From positions 1 to 45,520 of the IMG/VR virus record IMGVR_UViG_3300037308_000023: a stretch of DNA of 45,520 bases; one strand, written 5' to 3'. This stretch comes from a virus. Lineage: Duplodnaviria > Caudoviricetes. Under the pieces are notes generated by a model. It saw only the letters and a list, made by a program, of their open reading frames with translations. It made no database searches and was not told the origin of the DNA. This document shows positions 8,710 through 16,844 of this stretch, in pieces (the first letter of the stretch is position 1; every line of letters starts with the position of its first letter). The position numbers were made by a program, and so were the translations under genes.

Positions 8710-9254
8710 TGGTGAGATATATGAATGAGTGGGATATTTACTTTAAAAATATCTGTGATGCAGTATCACGTAAATCAAAGTGTCTTAGTCGACAAATAGG
8801 TGTAATTATAGTCCGCGATAATTCTATAGTATCAACTGGCTATAATGGCCCAGCTCGTAATTATCCTCACTGTAAGCCAACACCCACTGGAGATATAGTT
8901 GCTAGTATAAGCTTAACTAACCTATCTGAAGTTAGCAAATCATTAAATATAGATAAAATCCATACTTGTCCTCGGAGAGCTAAGGGATACAAATCTGGAG
9001 AGGGTCTAATGGAATGTCCTGCTGCTCATGCAGAAGTCAATGCTATCTCTAATGCAGCTCGTCTTGGAGTATCTATTCGTGGTTGCACTATGTACATGAA
9101 TACTCGTGAAATAGCTTGTAAAGACTGCATGACTGCTATAGTTAACTCAGGATTAGTTGAACTTGTAACACTTGAATTAATTCCTTATCATAACCTATCT
9201 CTAGACATAGCTCGCTATGGTAGAATAAAACTAAGGAGGTTTAATCTCTTATGA
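8709..9254 (+). CDS. dCMP deaminase family protein
   Basis: SKCLSRQIG, STGYNG, HAEVNA and CKDC zinc motifs. Confidence 0.92.
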   Translation: MVRYMNEWDIYFKNICDAVSRKSKCLSRQIGVIIVRDNSIVSTGYNGPARNYPHCKPTPTGDIVASISLTNLSEVSKSLNIDKIHTCPRRAKGYKSGEGLMECPAAHAEVNAISNAARLGVSIRGCTMYMNTREIACKDCMTAIVNSGLVELVTLELIPYHNLSLDIARYGRIKLRRFNLL

Positions 9255-10429
9255 ATAGAGTACTTATCCTTGGTATAGATGGATACATAGGCTGGACTTT
9301 AGCTAATTATCTTCTATCCCAACCAGATAAATATACAGTCTGTGGACTAGACAATCTATCCCGTCGAGCTTTAGTACATGGAATAGGAAGTAAATCTCTC
9401 ACTCCAATATCTAGCGCACAAGAACGATTTGAATATCTTCAGGATCACTATAACTTCTTTGATCAAGTATGTAAGTGTAACCTTCAAGATCACTATATCA
9501 CTGACAAGATTTTATCAGAATACAAACCTGACACTATAGTCCACTTAGCTGAACAACCATCTGCTCCATATTCTATGAAAGATGTAAGATCTTCAATCGA
9601 AACTCAGTCAAATAATCTAATTGGTACTTTATCTCTTCTATGGGCTATACATAGAAATTGCCCAGATGCTCATCTAATTAAGCTTGGAACACTTGGTGAG
9701 TATGGTACTCCAAACTGTGATATTCCTGAAGGAAAAATTCCTACCAACTGTCTTAAGGGAACTTTACTACCATGTCCTATAGGTGGTCTAATGTTTCCTC
9801 GTACTGCAGGTTCATTCTATCATCTATCTAAAGTCCACGATACTCATAATATCGAGTTTGCTTGCCGAAACTGGGGTATTCGTTCAACTGATATTATGCA
9901 GGGAATAGTATACGGTTTGGAGCCTTATCCGATCAATCTACCAGTACAGCGTACTCGATTTGACTATGACCAGTATTTTGGTACAGTTATCAATCGCTTC
10001 TGTGTCCAAGCTCTCTGCAATATGCCACTTACTATCTACGGTGAAGGTAATCAGACTCGTGGATATCTGCCACTGTCTGAATCTATCAAATGTCTAACTA
10101 TTGCTATAGATAATCCTCCAGACAAGGGCGAATATCGTACCTTTAATCAATTTGGAAAAGTATATTCTATCAATGCGCTGGCCAGGTTCGTAACACTAGC
10201 TTGTTATGTAATAGATATAGAAGTAAAAATATCTAATATTGAAAATCCTCGCGAGTCGGTAGAATCTCAGGATCACTATTACAATCCAGCTTGTGATAAT
10301 CTAAAATCATTAGGCTACATACCATCTACTGATATAATATGTGAGATATCTAAATTAGTTAATTCAATTAGACACTACAAAGAATCTATCATTCATTCTG
10401 CTATTATGCCTACTACAACTTGGAGATAG
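9251..10429 (+). CDS. sqdB: UDP-sulfoquinovose synthase-like extended SDR (SqdB/SQD1/Agl3 family)
   Basis: LGIDGYIGW, HLAEQPSAPYSM, KLGTLGEYGTPN, GSFYHLSKVHD, RFDYD..FGTVINRFCVQA, PLTIYGEGNQTRG. Confidence 0.92.
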   Translation: MNRVLILGIDGYIGWTLANYLLSQPDKYTVCGLDNLSRRALVHGIGSKSLTPISSAQERFEYLQDHYNFFDQVCKCNLQDHYITDKILSEYKPDTIVHLAEQPSAPYSMKDVRSSIETQSNNLIGTLSLLWAIHRNCPDAHLIKLGTLGEYGTPNCDIPEGKIPTNCLKGTLLPCPIGGLMFPRTAGSFYHLSKVHDTHNIEFACRNWGIRSTDIMQGIVYGLEPYPINLPVQRTRFDYDQYFGTVINRFCVQALCNMPLTIYGEGNQTRGYLPLSESIKCLTIAIDNPPDKGEYRTFNQFGKVYSINALARFVTLACYVIDIEVKISNIENPRESVESQDHYYNPACDNLKSLGYIPSTDIICEISKLVNSIRHYKESIIHSAIMPTTTWR

Positions 10430-10431
10430 AC

Positions 10432-10698
10432 ATGTCAAAATTAGATGAACATTACTACATACCTCGATTTAGCTTTGAGATATCAGAAGAACTTAAACAT
10501 AGAGCTAACAAACTTCTCTCTACTCATGGAATTAGAAAAGCTATCATGACTACTATTCTAGAAGATCTACTCGACATAGTAGAAGAACATGGTCAGCTTG
10601 CAATAGGATGTATACTTGAAAAATCTGTTAAGCCAAGAGAAGCATTAAAATCAATGTCTACTGCAGAAAGGATATGTAAAGATGTCAAATCTAGATGA
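10432..10698 (+). CDS. Hypothetical protein, possible ribbon-helix-helix DNA-binding protein
   Basis: PRFSFEISEELKHRANKLL...IRKAIMTTILEDLL; start moved to ATG 10432 after GGAG. Confidence 0.6.
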   Translation: MSKLDEHYYIPRFSFEISEELKHRANKLLSTHGIRKAIMTTILEDLLDIVEEHGQLAIGCILEKSVKPREALKSMSTAERICKDVKSR

Positions 10699-10894
10699 TC
10701 TTCTAATTAAAAGCATCACAATCATGAGTGATGATGAAGCCCTTGAGCATATTAGACAAATTCGCTTAGCTCGGAGAACTCATGTTAAACCAGTAGTTAT
10801 AAAACCTAAAAAGAAGTCTGTAATAAAAGCGTCAACTATAACTTCATCACAGGCATTAGAATTACTTAAACTTATTGAGGAGGGCTCACTATGA
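10682..10894 (+). CDS. Hypothetical basic protein
   Basis: 70 aa ORF overlapping its neighbours in the operon. Confidence 0.6.
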   Translation: MSNLDDLLIKSITIMSDDEALEHIRQIRLARRTHVKPVVIKPKKKSVIKASTITSSQALELLKLIEEGSL

Positions 10895-12237
10895 TTCAAG
10901 TTGGAGAAGTTGGAATGGTATCAATATCTGACATCATCGTAAGTGATAGAGCTAGAAAAGAATTAGGTGACCTAGCTGCCATGGAAAAATCTATGATGGA
11001 AAGAGGACTTATTCAACCTCTAGCTGTCAAACGTCTAGATAATGGAAAGTTTATTTTATTAGCTGGTGAGCGTAGATTTAGGGTACTAGAAAAAAATAAA
11101 GTTCCTACTATCCCAGTTCGTATATTTAATAGAGAATTAAATGACTATGAAATGAAGTCAATTGAGCTTGCAGAGAATTTCTATCGTAAGGATTTTGAGT
11201 ATTGGGAAAGTGATGCATTGCTTAAGGAAATCCACGAACTCAATCAGAAAATCTATGGTGTGAGAGCTCCTGGACCTGGACAAACTGGATGGACTCTCAA
11301 TGATACAGCGTCTCTAGCTGGTATAACTAATGCCTCTGTCTCTACTGCTATCAAGCGAGCTGAGATTAGAGAATCATTTCCAGATTTATTTGTAGATTGT
11401 AAGACTCAGAAGGATGCTACTAAAGTAATCAAAAAGATGGATGAATTGATTACTAAGGATAATATTGCTAGGCGATTGGAAGCTAATCGTGAAGGTAGTA
11501 AACTAAACCAACTTTCCAAATATTTTGTTACTGGAAACTGTTTTGAGCTACTAGCTAAGGTACCAGATAATATCATGCACCTTGTTGAGATTGATCCTCC
11601 ATATGCAATAGACCTTCGAGATCTCAAAAAGACTGATGGAGAGTCAATCTATCAAGTGGAAGAGTATAATGAAATTGATAGAGATATCTATATTGAAGGA
11701 CATAATAATCCAACTAATTCATGGCAAGGTATTCGTAGACTCTTTCAAGAGTGCTATCGAGTAATGGCTGACCATTCTTGGCTCATCTGCTGGTTTGCTC
11801 CTGAGCCTTGGTTTGAACCTATTTATAAGGAACTCATCAATGCTGGATTTAATACGACTAGAATGTGCGGAATATGGAATAAAGGGTTTGGACAATCCAA
11901 GCGGCCAGAAATACACCTTGCGAATAGCTATGAAATGTTCTTCTATGCATGGAAGGGCCGTCCAGCGCTTAATAAACAAGGTCGCAGTAATGTCTATACG
12001 TACACTCCTGTTCCTCCTCCACAGAAAACTCATCCAACTGAACGTCCGCTCGAACTTATGAAAGAAATCTATGACACCTTTGCTTTCACAGGGTCTCGTG
12101 TACTAATCCCATTCCTAGGTTCAGGAGTAGGTATCATAGCTGCTGATCATTTAGCTATGAGTCCTATTGGATTTGAACTTAGCAAATCTTATCGTGACTC
12201 TTTCTTAGTAAAACTTCACGGTCTTGGGGTATATTAA
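10891..12237 (+). CDS. ParB/Srx N-terminal domain plus HTH fused to an N6/N4 DNA methyltransferase
   Basis: GLIQPLAV, LAGERR, ELAEN..R; DPPY, HPTERP, PFLGSG in beta-class order. Confidence 0.9.
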   Translation: MIQVGEVGMVSISDIIVSDRARKELGDLAAMEKSMMERGLIQPLAVKRLDNGKFILLAGERRFRVLEKNKVPTIPVRIFNRELNDYEMKSIELAENFYRKDFEYWESDALLKEIHELNQKIYGVRAPGPGQTGWTLNDTASLAGITNASVSTAIKRAEIRESFPDLFVDCKTQKDATKVIKKMDELITKDNIARRLEANREGSKLNQLSKYFVTGNCFELLAKVPDNIMHLVEIDPPYAIDLRDLKKTDGESIYQVEEYNEIDRDIYIEGHNNPTNSWQGIRRLFQECYRVMADHSWLICWFAPEPWFEPIYKELINAGFNTTRMCGIWNKGFGQSKRPEIHLANSYEMFFYAWKGRPALNKQGRSNVYTYTPVPPPQKTHPTERPLELMKEIYDTFAFTGSRVLIPFLGSGVGIIAADHLAMSPIGFELSKSYRDSFLVKLHGLGVY

Positions 12238-12262
12238 CAGCTACACTTAATGGAGGTGACTT

Positions 12263-12478
12263 ATGATATTAAGAGTACTTAGATACGACACAACTAGACG
12301 TGACCATATCTGTGAAGATATCGAAAAGACTATCATTCCTCATGCAGTTGATTTAAAGATATGGGGAGATCTAGGAAATGTACCTAACAGTGCATTGGTA
12401 GGAAAGTTTGTTGAAGTCGAAGGATTACAACACTATACCTCAATTGGAATTAAGAGTAGATGTGTAAGAGGACGATAG
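12263..12478 (+). CDS. Hypothetical protein
   Basis: 71 aa ORF, GGAGGTGA RBS. Confidence 0.65.
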   Translation: MILRVLRYDTTRRDHICEDIEKTIIPHAVDLKIWGDLGNVPNSALVGKFVEVEGLQHYTSIGIKSRCVRGR

Positions 12479-12486
12479 ATCACTAG

Positions 12487-12575
12487 CTTGCATAGCGGGA
12501 GGTATCAAATTCTGCTATAGTTTAGTAAATATAGCAGTATAGCCAGGAAGATGTGGGCGGACCTGGGGATGCAAG
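12487..12575 (+). ncRNA. Candidate structured RNA (three-way junction)
   Basis: CTTGCAT/ATGCAAG closing stem enclosing CTGCTATA/TATAGCAG and CCAGG/CCTGG hairpins. Confidence 0.35.
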
Positions 12576-12709
12576 ATAACTACAAAGGATAATTAAAATG
12601 ACTACTATAGGTAGATCAAAAGTTCTGGTAGATTTTGAAGAGATGGAAAACCTAAAGCGATACCTGCTATTAAATCAATTACAGAAGTATTAAATTCTAG
12701 AAAATCCAA

Positions 12710-12732
12710 GTGAATTAAAAAATTTAATCAAC
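12710..12732. repeat. Dispersed 23-bp palindrome, copy 9
   Basis: GTGAA TTAAA AAA TTTAA TCAAC, just upstream of the polymerase RBS. Confidence 0.9.
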
Positions 12733-12748
12733 TTATTGGAGATTGAAG

Positions 12749-15310
12749 ATGCGTAAAACTTACGTTCCACCTTCAGGTGATGTTAACTCAACAATGGCTA
12801 TCGTTGGCGAGCAACCATCGTTCCAAGAAATTCGTTATCGTAAGCCATTTGTGGGCCCTGCTGGTCATGGATTAGACGAATGTCTAACTATTGCTAAGAT
12901 TCCACGACATCAACTATATATAACTAATGTAATTAAGGATGGAGACAAGCCACTAAGATCCTACATAGATGTAGACTCTCATAACAAATGGACTATTAGT
13001 AAAGAAGGTCTCGAATATATAGAAGAACTCGGAAAAGAATTAAAAGCACTATCTAACTTAAATGTAGTAGTAGCTATGGGTAACATATCTCTTATCGCCC
13101 TATGCCATAGAAGTGGTATAAGTAACTGGCGAGGGTCTATAATTGAATCTACTCTTATCCCAAACCTAAAGATTGTCCCCACTTTTCATCCAGCGACATT
13201 TATCCCTCCTAAATTTAACTTTCTCAACAAGCCTTTAATTGTAGAGGATCTTCTACGTGCTGCAAAAGAGTCGGAGTATCATATAATTAGACGGACCAGT
13301 AGAAAAGTTATCACTAAACCTTCTTTTTCCCAAGCCATGTCATATCTTAATCATTGCTACGAGCTTGGAAGAAGAGGTGACGTTATAGACATTGACATTG
13401 AAGTTATTAATAAAGAAGTAGACTGCTTTTCTATATCCTTCAAGTCGACTGAGTCAATGTCTATCCCTTTTCGAGACTCACAGGGAGACTACTTTGACAT
13501 CAACCAAGAATACCAAATAATCCTAATGCTAGCAAGAATTATAGAAGATAGTAAGATCAAAAAACGAGGTGCTAATTTCATCTTTGATACGCAATTCTTA
13601 CTCCATAAGTATGGTATCCGTCCTAGAGGTGATCTCCACTGTACACAGATTGCTCAAAAGATATCATTCCCCGACTTTAATGCAGGCTTATCATTTGTTA
13701 CTACCATGCATACAGACATCCCTTACTATAAAGAAGATGGTAAGCAATGGATCAAGATAGGTGCTGGTTCCTGGGAAGAATGGTGGACTTATAATGGTAT
13801 GGACTCTATAGCTACTAGTGATGCTCATCCTAAACAGATAGCCGAACTAATCAAACAATCTAATCTCGAAACCTACAATCGTCAGCGTAAACTTATTCAA
13901 CCTTTAATCTATATGTCAGAGCGTGGAATTAAAGTAGACGTAACTGGAATGGCTAGTTGTAAGGAGAAAGAACAACTTGAATTAGAATCTAAAGCTGAGG
14001 AATTATATTCAGAAGTAGGCTATAAAATCAACTATAATTCTCCAACTCAATTAATGAAATACTTTTATAAAGATCTTAGTATTAAACCCTACAAAAAGCA
14101 GAATTTAAAAGGTCAGTATAGTGAAACTATAAATGTTGATGCACTTAAGCGTATATTTAGACTAGGATGCAAAGGCTCAGCTGCGGCCAGAATCCTTCTT
14201 GATATTAGAGGTCTATCAAAGCGTATATCTACTTATCTAAATATAGGTAAAGTAGATATAGATGGACGTTATAGATCTTCATATAAACCAGTTGGAGCTG
14301 AGACTGGACGACTATCTTCAGGTCAGACTATCTTCGGTACTGGAGGAAATCAGCAGAACTGGCCACATGATCTCCTTCAATATTTCCTTTTTGATGAAGG
14401 ATATCTTGGATATTCATTCGACCTTTCACAGATAGAAAATAGATTAGTTGCTTATGTCGGTGGAGTATTATCACAGATAGAAGCCTTTGAGAAAGGGATA
14501 GATCTGCATCGTCTAACTGCCTCTATAATCATAGGTAAACCATATGACCAAATCTCATCTAAAGACGGTTCATCCTCTCTTGGTGATGGCAGACAATCTG
14601 AAAGATTCTGGGGTAAGAAAGGCAATCATGCTACTAACTATGATGTAGGTTATAAAACATTTGCTATTAAGAATGAAATGACTGAAACTGAAGCTAAACG
14701 TATAATAGAACAAATCCATCGAGGATACCCTCAAATCCGTGGAGGCTACCATGTCACTATACAGAACATGCTTAAGAAGAATAGGATGGTCACAAATCTC
14801 ATGGGCAGAAATAGATTATTCCTGGGACCTATTATCCCTTCGTATCCTAATGTCCCTGCAAGCGCTTGCTATGAAACTTATCGTGAAGCCTATGCACATT
14901 TGCCTCAGTCTACTACAGCAGATAAGATTAATGAACACGGAGTAGAGTATATCTTCTATAATCAAGATCTATTCCGTCCTATTGAACTCCTAGCTCAAAT
15001 CCATGACTCTGTAGTCTTTCAAATTCCACTATCTATTCCATGGACTGAGCAAGCTAGAATGCTAATCCTGATCAAATCCTCACTTGAACAACCACTATTT
15101 TGGAAAGGCATTAAAATAGACACACCAGTTGATCTCTCCATTGGTCTAAATATGTCTAAGGAGCTAATGAAAGAAATTAAACATAAAGACTTTCCCAATG
15201 ATGAAGCTGATTTAGCCCATAAATTGGAGGTAATCTACAATGAGATCTGCGCAGAACAAAGTGAGAGAATTTCATCTTGCATTTCATCTACCAACCTCGA
15301 ACTATCCTAA
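12749..15310 (+). CDS. polA: Family A DNA polymerase with N-terminal uracil-DNA-glycosylase-like domain and 3'-5' exonuclease
   Basis: UDG-like VGEQP..PFVGPAG and TFHPA; exonuclease DIE, NFIFD, YNGMD; polymerase TGRLSS, DLSQIE, R...K...H...Y, IHDS; start likely ATG 12749 after GGAG. Confidence 0.95.
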   Translation: MRKTYVPPSGDVNSTMAIVGEQPSFQEIRYRKPFVGPAGHGLDECLTIAKIPRHQLYITNVIKDGDKPLRSYIDVDSHNKWTISKEGLEYIEELGKELKALSNLNVVVAMGNISLIALCHRSGISNWRGSIIESTLIPNLKIVPTFHPATFIPPKFNFLNKPLIVEDLLRAAKESEYHIIRRTSRKVITKPSFSQAMSYLNHCYELGRRGDVIDIDIEVINKEVDCFSISFKSTESMSIPFRDSQGDYFDINQEYQIILMLARIIEDSKIKKRGANFIFDTQFLLHKYGIRPRGDLHCTQIAQKISFPDFNAGLSFVTTMHTDIPYYKEDGKQWIKIGAGSWEEWWTYNGMDSIATSDAHPKQIAELIKQSNLETYNRQRKLIQPLIYMSERGIKVDVTGMASCKEKEQLELESKAEELYSEVGYKINYNSPTQLMKYFYKDLSIKPYKKQNLKGQYSETINVDALKRIFRLGCKGSAAARILLDIRGLSKRISTYLNIGKVDIDGRYRSSYKPVGAETGRLSSGQTIFGTGGNQQNWPHDLLQYFLFDEGYLGYSFDLSQIENRLVAYVGGVLSQIEAFEKGIDLHRLTASIIIGKPYDQISSKDGSSSLGDGRQSERFWGKKGNHATNYDVGYKTFAIKNEMTETEAKRIIEQIHRGYPQIRGGYHVTIQNMLKKNRMVTNLMGRNRLFLGPIIPSYPNVPASACYETYREAYAHLPQSTTADKINEHGVEYIFYNQDLFRPIELLAQIHDSVVFQIPLSIPWTEQARMLILIKSSLEQPLFWKGIKIDTPVDLSIGLNMSKELMKEIKHKDFPNDEADLAHKLEVIYNEICAEQSERISSCISSTNLELS

Positions 15311-15617
15311 ATTAATACAGCCTACTGATAAAGTTAAAAGAATAAGATTAATGAAGGAAGAATTTATGGAACTAATCAATGCTATGGTAGCTGATAGCTT
15401 AATTGAAATATCAGACGGATTAGCCGACTTACTCTATGTAGTCCTTGGTACTGCAGTTGAATATGGAATAGATATCGAACCTATATTTAATGAAGTTCAT
15501 AGATCTAATATGACGAAAGTTGGAGGACATCTTGATAAATATGGAAAGTGGATCAAGCCATCTACTTACTCTCCAGCTAACTTAAAATCTATTTTAAGAT
15601 CTCAAATGGAAGATTAG
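15240..15617 (+). CDS. MazG-like NTP pyrophosphohydrolase (PRA-PH / DR2231-like)
   Basis: EEFMEL, EISDGLADLLYV, EVHRSNMTK, GKWIKP. Confidence 0.88.
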   Translation: MRSAQNKVREFHLAFHLPTSNYPKLIQPTDKVKRIRLMKEEFMELINAMVADSLIEISDGLADLLYVVLGTAVEYGIDIEPIFNEVHRSNMTKVGGHLDKYGKWIKPSTYSPANLKSILRSQMED

Positions 15618-15618
15618 A

Positions 15619-16830
15619 ATGGACTTTGGTGATAGATTATTAGACGACTGGATCTCAGCTTTTCTAGCCTTAACAAATAATTCTGAACCACCTTACTTAT
15701 TTAGAAAATGGACAGCTATATCCTGTGTTGCAGCTGCTCTTCAGAGAAAAGTTAGAATAGATTGGGGATCTTCACTTACATTCTATCCAAACTTATATGT
15801 AGTTCTAGTTGGGCCATCAGCTACCGGTAAGGGTACGGCGATGAATCCTGGGCTTGCTATTCTAAATGAAATACCAGCTATTCGTCTAAGTGCTCAAGCT
15901 ACTTCTCTCCAAGCATTAATCAGACATCTAAAAGATACTAACCTAACAGATATAAACCAAGATACTGGTGAACAGCAGTTTCATTCATCCCTTACAATTT
16001 TATCAAAGGAATTTACCGTCTTCTTGGGATATCACAACAGAGAGTTAATGGCAGCTCTATGTGATTGGTATGACTGTGATCGTAAGTGGTCTTACGAAAC
16101 TATAAGTCGTAAAAGAGAAGAAATAAATGGAGTATGGGTTAATCTAATTGCAGGCACTACTCCAGATCTAATAAGATCTTCATTACCTATAGAATCAATA
16201 GGTGGAGGATTGACTTCAAGGATTATCTTCATATATGAAGAGAAACATGGCAAACTTGTAACTATACCAACTGAGACAGAAGAAGAACGCGAACTATTCA
16301 TGGCTCTAGTTCATGACCTAGAAAAGATAAGCCTACTAAGTGGAAAATTTACTTGGACTAATGGATTTATAGAGCTATGGGATTCTTGGTGTAGAGAATC
16401 ATCTTTAAATCCACCCTTTGCAGATCCAAGATTTGATGGGTACAATGGAAGACGAAGAGTTCATCTAATGAAACTAGCTATGATCCACTCTGTGTCTCGT
16501 AACAGAAACACTATGTTTTTAGATGAGTATAATTTAAAAGAAGCTATAACTACATTAGAAGAAGCAGAGATTAAAATGGGACTAGTATTCAAAGGAGTTG
16601 GTAAATCTGACATAGCAGATATTATCTTCCGAGCTAATACATTCTTTCAATTATCTAAAACAAATGTAGTATCTATCCGAGACTTTATGAGACACTTTGA
16701 AAGTGATCTTGATAAGATTTCCCTTGATAGAGTGCTATCGACACTTGAAATAAGTGGTATTATAAAATTAGTTCATAAGCCTGGTCATCCTGATGATATA
16801 TTGATCTTAAACAAAGTCCCAGTTAATTAA
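15619..16830 (+). CDS. DUF3987-type P-loop ATPase, putative replicative helicase
   Basis: YPNLYVVLVGPSATGKG, LIAGTTP, GLTSRIIF; follows the polymerase. Confidence 0.8.
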   Translation: MDFGDRLLDDWISAFLALTNNSEPPYLFRKWTAISCVAAALQRKVRIDWGSSLTFYPNLYVVLVGPSATGKGTAMNPGLAILNEIPAIRLSAQATSLQALIRHLKDTNLTDINQDTGEQQFHSSLTILSKEFTVFLGYHNRELMAALCDWYDCDRKWSYETISRKREEINGVWVNLIAGTTPDLIRSSLPIESIGGGLTSRIIFIYEEKHGKLVTIPTETEEERELFMALVHDLEKISLLSGKFTWTNGFIELWDSWCRESSLNPPFADPRFDGYNGRRRVHLMKLAMIHSVSRNRNTMFLDEYNLKEAITTLEEAEIKMGLVFKGVGKSDIADIIFRANTFFQLSKTNVVSIRDFMRHFESDLDKISLDRVLSTLEISGIIKLVHKPGHPDDILILNKVPVN

Positions 16831-16844
16831 ATTTTTTAATGCAC
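16822..16844. repeat. Dispersed 23-bp palindrome, copy 10, at the convergence of the two arms
   Basis: GTTAA TTAAA TTT TTTAA TGCAC; contains the + stop ending at 16830 and abuts the - stop at 16845. Confidence 0.92.

Noticed and set aside
8709-10429. DNA hypermodification (sugar-modified bases) as the main role of SqdB and the GT2
   Set aside because: No hydroxymethylase, thymidylate synthase homologue or TET/JBP gene was recognised to create an acceptor base. Kept only as a weaker alternative.
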